Assembly (NCBI GenBank): GCA_963733035.1
Contig: CAVTBU010000006.1
Location: forward strand, 352,001-416,000
Reading direction: 5' to 3'
Length of the DNA: 64,000 nt
From: Pirellulales bacterium
GTDB lineage: Bacteria > Planctomycetota > Planctomycetia > Pirellulales > PALSA-1355
Within the stretch, counting starts at the first letter, position 1; each line of letters opens with the position of its first letter. The notes beneath the pieces were generated by a model. The model made no database searches, was not told where the DNA came from, and worked only from the letters and a program-made list of their open reading frames with translations. This document shows, one piece after another, positions 46,868-56,766 of the stretch. A program made the position numbers and the translations under genes.

Positions 46868-49045
46868 TCACGCTTTCCGACGCCTGCTGAGAATGGCTTC
46901 GAGTCGGTTTCCAGCCGCCCCGTGGGTAAGAATCTCGAATACTTTCTCGGCAATGACGCCGCCCGCTTCCAACGCGGGTAATCCGCCTTCGTGAATATTT
47001 GAGATCACGGTGTACTCCATCGTTGGCGGTTTGCCCCCTTCATCAGGCCGGTACACGAGGTAGGCAGACAGGCTTCGCGCTCCCAGAGGATCGCCGCCGG
47101 GACGTTCGCCCACTAGAAAAATCACAAGTCTGCTTTGTAGCCGCTGGGCGATCTGCTCGGCCAGCTTTACCCGCCCGTAACGCACCACGATCGGCCGTCC
47201 CTGGCTGAGGTTGCGGGCTTGTAGTCCGTCAACCAATACGGCCATCAGCTTTGGCACGTTGTGGTGAACAGCCGGCGCGCTGAGTCCATCCGACACGACG
47301 ATTTGCACCTGTCGGTGCTCGGGTTGCAATTGGTTCAGATCACGATCGTTCAAACGACTTCCCAAGTCGGGCGAGTTAAGATGCGATTGCTTGTCTTCGG
47401 CTTGCGTCGAAACCACGCGAAAATCACCAATTTGTTTGAGCGCCTCCAAATCAAGTTCGGCATGGATCGCTTCGCGCCCCACGGCCCGACCCAAACGCGC
47501 CCGTCGGCTTACGACGTCGGCAGGACGCGGTCCGGCGGTTTCAAAGCCGTAGGCAGAAGGCGTCACTTTCCGCAGGGCAGCCAATTCTTCCTTCGATCCG
47601 CAGAACTGACACGGATTGCCCCACTCGGGTCCACGCACGGTCCGGCCAGCGGCGTCTTCGCGTAGAAGATCGCGTTCGATTGCCCAGGCGAGATACTCCG
47701 GCGCGGGCCTGCGGTCGTGGGTTTCGCGCAGGGTTTGATCGTCGTGCGCACTGGTGTCGAAGTAAGCCAACATGCGATCGGAATTCAAGGCCACGTCCAT
47801 GTAGTAGTTGGCGCCGGCTGCGGTCAGCATTTCAGTGGCCATTTGTTGGCCTTCAAGCGTGATTTCTGAATGAAGTGTGTAGCAGGGAGCCATGCCCATT
47901 GGCAGTCCCAATAGCTTGCCCAGGAAGTGGTCCTGCAAGTTTGAGACGATCATCTCAAAGCTGTCGCGATGCGTTTCAGGGCCGATGAATCCCGTCACGT
48001 TGTTCACCATGAACGGATCGTAGCGCCGCGCCAGACCGTAGCAGAGAGCCTCGGTCGTCGTCATGTCGATGCCATTGTGCTTGCCGTAGGTGAACTCACT
48101 CCCTTGTCCGGTTTCAAAATACATCTGCTGCGGTGTAATGTCGCGGAGGGGGCCTCGTTCGATCATGGCGTGGTAGCCACGGTCGAGTAGCTCCACGGTG
48201 ACGTCAAATTCTTCGATGAGCGTGCGGTCCGTCCCGGCAAGGCTTTGGAACAGGATCTCAACCGGTGCGTTCCGCGTCAAACATGCGAGCTGCGTCTTGA
48301 TGTGCGCCAAGACGCAAATTTGCGTCGGCACCGCCGCCGCGCGACGCAGCTCGTCGAGATGCACGAGCAACGCCTCGACATTGTCGGTCGTATCGACCGC
48401 CGGATTGACGCCCAGGAGTGCGTCTCCGGCCGCCAGCGACAGTCCCCAGTAGACCAACTGCGAAATCGAGCGCGGATCGTCCGTCGGATGGTTCGGTTGC
48501 AGCCGTGAGGCGAGCGTGCCCGGCAGGCCCAGAGTCGTGCGGGCGCGGCTGGTGCGCGGTAGCTTGCGAGCCAGGTAGATGAGTTCGTGTACATCACAAA
48601 TCTTGGCGACAGCCGCGGCGATTGGCCCCGTGATCGCTTTTCCCAGCGGCAAAATGTCCGCGCTCGGCTCGCGGAGTAGCTGGTCCTTGAAGTCACCGAC
48701 CGTCAGTCTGGCGATGCGTGAAAACTCTGCACGGTCGATGTCGTAGTTGGCCCGCGCGACCGAGTCGATCTTTCCGGCGTCGTCCAACAGTGGGTGATCG
48801 TAGAGATTCTCCAATGTCAGTGAGGCTAGTACCGAGCGAGCCGCTTCGCGTTCGAGTTCATCCTTGGCGGCCAGGCCCGCATTGCGTTCGCCGGCCTTGC
48901 TGTAGTCAGCGGCACCAAGCAACGCCTTAAGGCCGACGAAATGCCACGCTCGGTTTCCCACGCGGGCGCAATAGGTCTCGTCGGCAGCCGGGACGGGAAC
49001 ATCGATTTCCGCGAGCGGAGTGAGTGAAGTATGTTTCACTGGCAT
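46868..49045 (-). CDS. eutBC: Ethanolamine ammonia-lyase-family enzyme with EutB and EutC fused
   Basis: EutB motifs RLQPNHPTDD, GVNP, YFETGQGS, GFIGPE, DHF.GKL.G; EutC motifs PDLG.RL, VSDGLS, GRV, GERPG, SLSAY, ISNIH.GG in one ORF; GGAAGG RBS. Confidence 0.93.
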   Translation of the reverse strand: MPVKHTSLTPLAEIDVPVPAADETYCARVGNRAWHFVGLKALLGAADYSKAGERNAGLAAKDELEREAARSVLASLTLENLYDHPLLDDAGKIDSVARANYDIDRAEFSRIARLTVGDFKDQLLREPSADILPLGKAITGPIAAAVAKICDVHELIYLARKLPRTSRARTTLGLPGTLASRLQPNHPTDDPRSISQLVYWGLSLAAGDALLGVNPAVDTTDNVEALLVHLDELRRAAAVPTQICVLAHIKTQLACLTRNAPVEILFQSLAGTDRTLIEEFDVTVELLDRGYHAMIERGPLRDITPQQMYFETGQGSEFTYGKHNGIDMTTTEALCYGLARRYDPFMVNNVTGFIGPETHRDSFEMIVSNLQDHFLGKLLGLPMGMAPCYTLHSEITLEGQQMATEMLTAAGANYYMDVALNSDRMLAYFDTSAHDDQTLRETHDRRPAPEYLAWAIERDLLREDAAGRTVRGPEWGNPCQFCGSKEELAALRKVTPSAYGFETAGPRPADVVSRRARLGRAVGREAIHAELDLEALKQIGDFRVVSTQAEDKQSHLNSPDLGSRLNDRDLNQLQPEHRQVQIVVSDGLSAPAVHHNVPKLMAVLVDGLQARNLSQGRPIVVRYGRVKLAEQIAQRLQSRLVIFLVGERPGGDPLGARSLSAYLVYRPDEGGKPPTMEYTVISNIHEGGLPALEAGGVIAEKVFEILTHGAAGNRLEAILSRRRKA

Positions 49046-49060
49046 TCCTTCCTCTGTGTC

Positions 49061-50472
49061 CTAGCGAACGGCATAAAGCCACAGGGGCACCACCGTTTCG
49101 CGCTGCCGCCCGACTCTCACGAACTGCGCGTCACGCGACGGCACTTCGTCGATGACGATCAAGTCCACTTTGAGTTTACCCCATCGCGTCACGTAATGCC
49201 CCAGGGTCTTGCCAACATTCGCTTCGACGAGCAGGACGAGCGTGGTGCCACGAGGTTGCGGCCGAGACTCGAAGCCGTCTGACAATAGTTTGCCGATGCG
49301 CCGAAGATCGTCGAGGTTCTGTTCGTCCAGTTCGACTTGCAGTGCCGACGGGCGACCTGTGGAAACGACCAGCTCGAGCAACTCGGCAATTTGAGCGTCG
49401 GTGATGTTCTTATTTAGTCGTCCCACCAGAGGCACGTCGTTCAGCGGTAACCGTGTGGGGTCGGGAAGATACAACGTCGCCCCGGAAAGTTCAGTGCTGT
49501 GGCGTAAGAGGCCAAAAACCGTGGCGTGTCCGAGTCCCTCCGGCGACAGCGTCATCTTTTCGGCGATGGGAGGGCAGTTCAAAATTGCCCTGGCAAGTTC
49601 GCCCCCTAGGTCACCGAACTCGGTGGCGGCCGGTTGACCCGCGTTTGCGCCAGTTGGTATACAAGTTCGCCGACGCCGCCGGAGAGGGCGACCAGGGCAG
49701 ATTGCCCGTCGAATTGCGACATATCGAACGAAGCTTGCACGTGGTCGCGAGCAACGTCATCTTCGAACACATGCGGGTTGCCGCCGATTGCCGCGACGAG
49801 CAGCTCGACGTAATAGTTGACAATCCTTGTGACCTCTGCGCGCGTCAGCTCGTCGCCTGGAGCGTGTTGAATTCCAAGGCGGCCTAACAACCTACCGGCC
49901 AACTGGGAGAGGCCGGCGAGTCGATAAGATCCTGGATCGAACTGCAAGTGCCGAGCTCCCACAAGTAGCGATCCGGTCGCGAGAACCTGACCGTTGATTC
50001 CGAGCGCCAGATTCGTCGTGCCGCCGCCGATGTCGACGTTGAGAATCGGCGTTTCTGTATGCGTTTGCGAAAGCTTGTGACAATTTCCCATGAAGGCTAG
50101 CCAGGCCTCGAGCCTTGGTGCATCGGTCGCAGCCAGCACCGCGTCAGCCAATCGCGTGCCAAGCATCTCGCGAATTGCCGTGGCGTTATCACGCTGCGCA
50201 GCGAGGCCGGTAATGAGAGCGCCGCCGCTGAAAATCTCCTGCGGCACAACGCCCGCGTCCGCGAGCCACCTGTCGAGATAGGCAGCAAGCCGCTCGGCGT
50301 CGATCCGCCGGCCTTGGTAGGGTGTGAAGACCACCTCGGATCGAAAACATTCTTCGACGTGCGTCACGTCGACGCATCCTAGCGCGCCGGTCGTCAGTCG
50401 ACCCTTGGCCACGACGAGGCACGAAGTCGTCGTCCCGCAGTCCAATCCGACCAAGGTGACGCTACGGCTCAT
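49061..50472 (-). CDS. eutA: Ethanolamine ammonia-lyase reactivase EutA, frameshifted near 49630-49650
   Basis: VGLDCGTTT, S.V.FTP, ITG, LEA, NVDIGGGTTN, SGGVG; then FGDLGGELA, ATVFG...HSTELSG, IDEV in the shifted frame. Confidence 0.88.
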
Positions 50473-50538
50473 GACTGCATCTCGTGCTGGCTTCAACAAG
50501 CAGACCACGCACGCCACCGAATCGACCACAATCCCAAG

Positions 50539-52134
50539 TCATTCCACTGCCACCGCCTCAACTTCGTGTGTCGGCATGACATTCGCCTTTTGAAGCACGC
50601 CTTCCGGCGGCCCACGAAAACGCTTTCGCTCGTAGGCAAACCAAACGATCGCCGTGAGTACAAACGCGCCAGGCACAGTCCACAGGTTCTGCTCGTTCGG
50701 AGGCTGGATGCCGACCAAAAGAATCAATCCGCAACCAAACACCGACACGACGGCCATCGTGCGGTACATGGTTCCGCTCATGCTCCAGGGCCCCATCTTC
50801 GTCCAGCTACGGCCGTAGGCGAACAAGCCCAACACGGTTGGAATTACATAGGAGATGTACAGAAAGATCGTGCAAGCGCCGGTGATCGTGGAATACGTGC
50901 CAGTATGCACGACAAACGCCACCGACAGCAACGACACGGCCCAAATTGCCACGGCGGGCGTGCGAAAACGTGGACTGACACTTCGGACAAAGCGCGAATA
51001 GGGCAGGCCGCCGTCGCGGGCAAAGGCGTACGCCATTCGCGAAGCCGACGTGACCGTCGCCAGGCCGCAAAAGAACTGCGCAATCACGATGCCCACCGCA
51101 AGGGCTTTCCAGAGACCAGCCGGCAACACGCTCTCCACGATCCAGTGAAACGAATTACTCCCTTGCGCCGCCGCTTCGTCCAGGTCTGGAATGGCCAGCA
51201 CCACGGCCATGAGCATGATCCAGCCGCACACGCCCGACACGGCCACCGAACGCACAATGCCGCGCGGCACGTGGTGTGCGGCGCCGATCGTCTCTTCCGA
51301 CGTGTGAGCCGAGGCATCGAAGCCCGTCACCGTGTAGGCAGGCAGCAGGAACCCAAGCAGAAACAGCCAGGCGAGACTGTTGGTTGCGGGCCACACGTCG
51401 CCACCGGACGACCCGCTGTAGTTGGTAAACGTGACGAGCCGCGAAACATCCAGCGGGCCGGCAAAGGCGAGCATCGCCACGGTCAAGACGGCAGCCACAA
51501 ACAGGATCCAATAGCCGCTGAAATCCACCAGCGCCGACGTGACACGAATGCCCAAGTGGTTGAGCAGCGCCTGGGCACACGTGATACCCATCACCCCTAC
51601 GAGTTGATACTTCAGTTGCGTCGAGGCGTCCCAGGTTGAAATGTCGATTTCGAAACTGCCGGCTAGCGCGCGGAGGGCAAACTCATAAGTGCCCACGTTG
51701 ATCGCGGCGAGCACGGTGACCAGTCCCGCCAGGTTAAACCATGCGGTCAGCCAACCCCAACCACGGCCTCCGAGAATGGCTGCCCAATGATAGAGTCCAC
51801 CGGCCGTTGGAAACGCCGAAGCGACTTGAGCCATGGCCAGTGCCACGCACAGCGACAGCAGGCAGCAGGCGGGCCAGCCGAGTCCAATGGCCGCGCCGCC
51901 GACGCTCGACAGTCCCAGCGGAAACGACGTGATGCCGCCGGCGACGATACAGATGATTGAGAGGGATACCGCGAAATTCGAGAACCCGCTCATCCGCCGC
52001 AGCAGTTCCTGGCCGTAGCCCAGGCTGTTGAGCAGTTCGATGTCGCGAGCGACCGTATCTTCCCTGCTCGCGTCGGCGCGGTGTTGAGCTTTGGGAGATG
52101 AATGGCGGGGCGCGGAATCGTGCGGATCAGACAT
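50539..52134 (-). CDS. APC-superfamily amino acid/amine permease
   Basis: LGYGQELLRRMSGFSNFA.S.S, SAFPTAGGLYHW, GFDASAHTSEET, SRM.YAFARDG; about 12 TM. Confidence 0.92.
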   Translation of the reverse strand: MSDPHDSAPRHSSPKAQHRADASREDTVARDIELLNSLGYGQELLRRMSGFSNFAVSLSIICIVAGGITSFPLGLSSVGGAAIGLGWPACCLLSLCVALAMAQVASAFPTAGGLYHWAAILGGRGWGWLTAWFNLAGLVTVLAAINVGTYEFALRALAGSFEIDISTWDASTQLKYQLVGVMGITCAQALLNHLGIRVTSALVDFSGYWILFVAAVLTVAMLAFAGPLDVSRLVTFTNYSGSSGGDVWPATNSLAWLFLLGFLLPAYTVTGFDASAHTSEETIGAAHHVPRGIVRSVAVSGVCGWIMLMAVVLAIPDLDEAAAQGSNSFHWIVESVLPAGLWKALAVGIVIAQFFCGLATVTSASRMAYAFARDGGLPYSRFVRSVSPRFRTPAVAIWAVSLLSVAFVVHTGTYSTITGACTIFLYISYVIPTVLGLFAYGRSWTKMGPWSMSGTMYRTMAVVSVFGCGLILLVGIQPPNEQNLWTVPGAFVLTAIVWFAYERKRFRGPPEGVLQKANVMPTHEVEAVAVE

Positions 52135-52201
52135 CAAGCAACTCTAACCGAGAGCGGAAACGGTGGCGCGCCGACGTTCGCCGATTATCACCGCTGCCGC
52201 A

Positions 52202-53590
52202 CTAGCTGACAACCTGCTCCGCGCGCGGACGCGGCTCGCGCCCACCTCGATCGCGGTGTCGTTTCGATAGCACCACCCGAATGCCGTAGCGCGGCCGCAA
52301 CGTCAGAACTGGCGCGAGTCGAATCTCTTGGTCCGGCACCAAGCGCATCGACCAGCCGCTGGCGATCGTGGCCAGCACCAGCATGCTTTCCTGCATCGCA
52401 AACGTGTTGCCGATGCATACTCGCGGTCCGCCGCCAAACGGAAAGTACGACATCTTTGGCCGCGCGGCCGCCCGCTCCGGCAACCAGCGGTCGGGATCAA
52501 ACCTTTCCGGTTCGGAATAGAACCTGCCGTCGCGGTGCATGACCCATTGGCTCATGAAGATCGTCGTGCCCGCTGCCACAGTGTAGGGCCCGAGTTCGAA
52601 ATCGGCCACCGGTTCCCGGCCAATCGTGAAAGCCGGTGGAAAAAGCCGCATGGCCTCGAGCACGACCTGTTCGGTGAGCTTGAGATTCGGCATATCGGCC
52701 GCCGTCGGCAGCCGGCCATCGAGGACGCGGTCGAGTTCCTCGGCCAGCGCTTGCTGAATCTCTGGATGCCTAGCCAGCAGATAGAAGCTCCAGGAAAGAG
52801 AAATGGCCGTTGTCTCGTGGCCCGCCAGCAAGAACGTGCGGGCTTCGTCCGCCAATTGCGCGTCGGTCATCCGGCTGCCGTCTTCGTCGCGGGCATGTAG
52901 CATCATGGACAGCAGATCCTTGCGAGGCGCATCTTCGTGGCGGCGCTGTTGGACGATTTGCTGCACGACTTCGTTCAGTCCACGAACGGCTGCCCGCGCT
53001 CGGCGATTACCGACCGTGGGAATCCAACTCGGCAACGGCATCCGCCGGCCGAAGTTGGCGCTAAAGCTGCGCAATGCCATTAGTAGCGATTCGCCGATGT
53101 CGTGCGATTGGTCGGTGATGTCGGCACCGAACAAGGTGCGGGCGACAATATCCAGAGTCACCTGCATCATGTCGGCATGTACGTCGCGCGTCTGTCCGTC
53201 CTGCCAGGCGTCGAGCATGCGAATCGTCGAGCCGACCATATCCGGCGTGTAGGCCGTAATTCGCTCTGCCTGAAATGCCCCGGCCGCCAAACGTCGCTGC
53301 CGCAGCCAGAATGGACCCTCGCTGGTGAGTAAGCCGTTCCCCAGCACTTGCCGCGTAAAGCGAAACGGAAAGGGCTTCACGAAATTGCGGTTTTGCTTGA
53401 CGACGATTTGCTCGATCAGATCCGGGTGATTTACCAGCAGGCAAGGCCGCCGGCCCAGTCGGAAGTAGACAATATCGCCATACTCCCGCGCACAACGCGT
53501 GAAGAACCCGAGCAGGTCGCTATAAAACTCGCGAAAGTTTCCGGTAAACAGGCGTCCGGGCGGACCGGGAGGGCGATCGGATTGCGTCAT
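52202..53590 (-). CDS. Cytochrome P450
   Basis: AGHETT, EAMR (ExxR), FDPDRW, FPFGGGPRVCIG haem-thiolate motif. Confidence 0.96.
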   Translation of the reverse strand: MTQSDRPPGPPGRLFTGNFREFYSDLLGFFTRCAREYGDIVYFRLGRRPCLLVNHPDLIEQIVVKQNRNFVKPFPFRFTRQVLGNGLLTSEGPFWLRQRRLAAGAFQAERITAYTPDMVGSTIRMLDAWQDGQTRDVHADMMQVTLDIVARTLFGADITDQSHDIGESLLMALRSFSANFGRRMPLPSWIPTVGNRRARAAVRGLNEVVQQIVQQRRHEDAPRKDLLSMMLHARDEDGSRMTDAQLADEARTFLLAGHETTAISLSWSFYLLARHPEIQQALAEELDRVLDGRLPTAADMPNLKLTEQVVLEAMRLFPPAFTIGREPVADFELGPYTVAAGTTIFMSQWVMHRDGRFYSEPERFDPDRWLPERAAARPKMSYFPFGGGPRVCIGNTFAMQESMLVLATIASGWSMRLVPDQEIRLAPVLTLRPRYGIRVVLSKRHRDRGGREPRPRAEQVVS

Positions 53591-53745
53591 GGTCTTTGCG
53601 GCATTCGACGAGCGAGGCATTCGGAGCAAGGATTTCAGCGAACGCCTCTAATCGTACAGGTAATTACTCTCGAAACCCACGGCCAATCACTTCAGAGGCC
53701 GCCATCATCGCTTAGAGCAGTTTTCGGCCGCGCGGTTTGCCAGGG

Positions 53746-55056
53746 CTAGGCTTCGCCGAATCCCGTCTTCCGCCCATGCAGCTTTTCACGGGTCGCCCAA
53801 AGTCCGGCGGACGGGGTCGGAATGAAATAGAACCGCTCGCCGTCGGACAGCGTGTTCCAGCCCTGCTTGAGAGTCTCGGGCCGGTAGCGGGCGAGCGTTT
53901 CTTCGAGATCCGCATAGCGGAAGTTCACTCCTTCAATTTCCTTTTTGGTCAGATGACCGGGTGCGTAAGTGATCGCGAAACGTCCCTCCGAGGAGCCGTG
54001 GATGAGGTGTGCAGTGGCATGCCCCAGGTCCTGCATGTCGGCATTTTTGCGGTAGCCCTCGACCACCTTGGCTGTGCCGCAGTAGCCGTACTTGCGAATG
54101 AAGGCGTCGACTTCGGGCTGTTCGCCGAAACGTTTCAGTCCCGGCGCGATAATGACCAGCTCGCCGCCATCGGCCAGCGCCATGCGCGTGCGATAGATGG
54201 CCTTGTTAGCCACCCAGGTACTGACGAACTCGTCGGCCTGCATTACGCACACCATTTTCTGCACCGGCTCGTCGAATACGGTAATGTTTTCCTCGCGCGA
54301 CTGCCTGGCTGCCTCCAGGTACGTCTCCAAATCATCACCGACGTAAATGCCAGTGTGCACCAAATCGTCGCCTTCGTCGCGCGACAAGACTACTTGCACG
54401 TAAAGATCCGGCAGCTTGCACAAAAAGTCGTCCTCGGCCTTGTTAAAGCACGCCCGGGTTGGTGTGATCAGGTTGCCCAGGTTGTTTTCGATGCCACACG
54501 TAGCCGAGAGCATGTGCGAGGCGCAGATCGTGTCCTTACCGGCCAGACCGATGAAATAGTTCTTATTGTGATTCGCAAACCCCAACACTTCGTGCGGCAC
54601 GACGTGCCCGATGTTGATGACCAGATCCCAGGTCTCTTCCATCAACATCCGATTCAAATGAATTGGAATTGGCCAATCCGCCACGCCGCCACAGGCCTGC
54701 TTGACGAACTCGCCGCTGACGTTTCCCAGGTAAACGCAACCGTCGCGCCAATTGTGGGCGTGGATTCGCTCATCGGGGATCGAGCCGAACATCCGCTGAT
54801 TCTCTTCGGGCGTATGCGGCACATGTTGTCCGAGCGTGGGAATGACGTGTACCTCGGCTTCGGCTGCGAGCTCCTGATAGAGCATCTCTGTCATCCGGCC
54901 CACTCCCGCGTGTGCCCGGGTGATGTCTGGCGGCAGCAGCAGCACGCGGCGCGGCTTTGCGCAGAGGCGATGCCGCGCTTCGGCCACCGTTTCGTGCATA
55001 AGCTCTTCGATACGCGGCCAGGAAATGTGTGCGGACTTTTCGGAAATCCAGGACAT
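53746..55056 (-). CDS. LarA-family (lactate racemase N-terminal/DUF2088) protein
   Basis: PDITR, LGQH, HNW, VPHEVLGF...K. Confidence 0.8.
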   Translation of the reverse strand: MSWISEKSAHISWPRIEELMHETVAEARHRLCAKPRRVLLLPPDITRAHAGVGRMTEMLYQELAAEAEVHVIPTLGQHVPHTPEENQRMFGSIPDERIHAHNWRDGCVYLGNVSGEFVKQACGGVADWPIPIHLNRMLMEETWDLVINIGHVVPHEVLGFANHNKNYFIGLAGKDTICASHMLSATCGIENNLGNLITPTRACFNKAEDDFLCKLPDLYVQVVLSRDEGDDLVHTGIYVGDDLETYLEAARQSREENITVFDEPVQKMVCVMQADEFVSTWVANKAIYRTRMALADGGELVIIAPGLKRFGEQPEVDAFIRKYGYCGTAKVVEGYRKNADMQDLGHATAHLIHGSSEGRFAITYAPGHLTKKEIEGVNFRYADLEETLARYRPETLKQGWNTLSDGERFYFIPTPSAGLWATREKLHGRKTGFGEA

Positions 55057-55159
55057 GGAACGGGTTACCTAGGGTGCGGTTGCGGGAGTGAATGAATCGT
55101 AATCGCCGGCAGGCAGAGAGGGCAGGGGGGCTGGCGTCGGGCGGCACGCTACAGCGAGG

Positions 55160-56620
55160 TCATGCATTCCAATGTCGGGCCAGTTCCACCAGCGTGCGGA
55201 CGAATTGTCCGCTACCCCCGGCGTCGCCCCACGGTTTGGCCTTGTCGCGAAACGCCGGCCCGGCGATGTCCAGGTGCACCCAGGGAGTTGTGCCGACAAA
55301 CTGTTCGAGAAACTTAGCGGCCGTGATCGCGCCGCCCCAGCGTCCTTCGCCGACGTTCTTAATGTCGGCAACTTCGCTTTTGATCAAGTCGTCGTAGATT
55401 TCTGGGTTCATCGGCAATTGCCAGAGCGGTTCGCCGGCTGCCCGTGCCGCAGCTAGTACCGTATCGCACATCGGCTGGTCGTTGGTCAGGGCCCCGGCCA
55501 CTTCGGTTCCCAGCGCCACGACGCACGCCCCGGTGAGCGTGGCCAGATCGACGAGCTTGTCGGCGCCGGCTTCACGGGCCACGTCCAACGCGTCGGCCAG
55601 CACCAATCGGCCCTCGGCGTCGGTGTTGTGCACCTCGATCGTGCGACCGTTGCGGGCCGTGAGCACATCGCCTAACTTCATCGCGGCCGGTCCGGTCATG
55701 TTTTCCACTAGACCTGCCACACCGACCACGTTGATCGGCAATTTAAGATTGGCAATGGCTTGCATTGCGCCGAGCATTGTGCAGGCCCCCGCCTTATCGC
55801 ACTTCATTGTGAGCATTCCTTCTGACGGCTTCAGCGACAAGCCGCCGGAATCGAACGTCACGCCTTTACCAACGATGCCTAAAGTCGGAGAATTCTTTGC
55901 TCCACCCTGGTACCGCAGAATCACAAGCCGTGCCGGCCGGCTCGAGCCCTTGGCCACGGCCAGCAGCGCGCCGCAACGTTCGGTTGTCAGTTTTTCTTCG
56001 TCCCAGATTTCAATCTGCAGACCGCAATCTTTGGCGACCGCGACTGCGCGTTTGGCGAACGTCTCAGGGTAAATTTCGTCGGCCGGGCTGTTGACGAGTT
56101 CTCGCGTGAGTTCGATCGCTTCCCCAAGAATCCGGCCGCTGGCGAGTGCCGCTTCATGCTTGCTCGACCAAAGGAGTTTGCCAAACGGATGCCGCTTCTT
56201 TTCCGCGCGATAGAGATCCTGGCCGTGACAGCCAACAATCGCTCCCGCGACGCCGTTCTCGGTTTGCGAGGCCGTCCAGCCATCGTCGATCAACATGGCG
56301 ACAGAATCGCGAGGTTTTGTCGAGAGGACACGGGCGGACGCCGCGGCGCAGCGGAAGGCCATGCCCGCATCGAATGCCTCACGCTTGCCGAGTCCCACTA
56401 TGAGTACTTGCCTGGCCTTGCCCACGGGCACCAGGAGCGGGGCCGTCTCGTACGCCTTTGCGGAAAATTCATTGCGTTCGATCAGCCCGCGGAGGGCTCC
56501 TCGCAGGGCGGTGTCCACATCGTCGGCGGCAACGGACAGCGGGGCATCTTCAAAGACCCCCACGGCCATCGCATCGGCGGGAATTTCCAGGGCGGGTGAC
56601 TGAACGAGCTCGAACTGCAC
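55160..56620 (-). CDS. pepA: Leucyl aminopeptidase (M17)
   Basis: GKGVTFDSGG, MKCD, NTDAEGRL.LAD, ATLTGA, HLDIAG. Confidence 0.96.
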   Translation of the reverse strand: MQFELVQSPALEIPADAMAVGVFEDAPLSVAADDVDTALRGALRGLIERNEFSAKAYETAPLLVPVGKARQVLIVGLGKREAFDAGMAFRCAAASARVLSTKPRDSVAMLIDDGWTASQTENGVAGAIVGCHGQDLYRAEKKRHPFGKLLWSSKHEAALASGRILGEAIELTRELVNSPADEIYPETFAKRAVAVAKDCGLQIEIWDEEKLTTERCGALLAVAKGSSRPARLVILRYQGGAKNSPTLGIVGKGVTFDSGGLSLKPSEGMLTMKCDKAGACTMLGAMQAIANLKLPINVVGVAGLVENMTGPAAMKLGDVLTARNGRTIEVHNTDAEGRLVLADALDVAREAGADKLVDLATLTGACVVALGTEVAGALTNDQPMCDTVLAAARAAGEPLWQLPMNPEIYDDLIKSEVADIKNVGEGRWGGAITAAKFLEQFVGTTPWVHLDIAGPAFRDKAKPWGDAGGSGQFVRTLVELARHWNA

Positions 56621-56766
56621 GGTGAATCCTCGTAGTGACCGACGGCTGAATAGGCAAACCGAACGCATTTTATCCGCTGATCGTCACTTGGCCCAGGACT
56701 GAATCGCAGTGGCCGCCGGCCTGGCCTTCCCTGGTCGAAGGGCTCTGACGTAAGCTAGCAGTAAGC

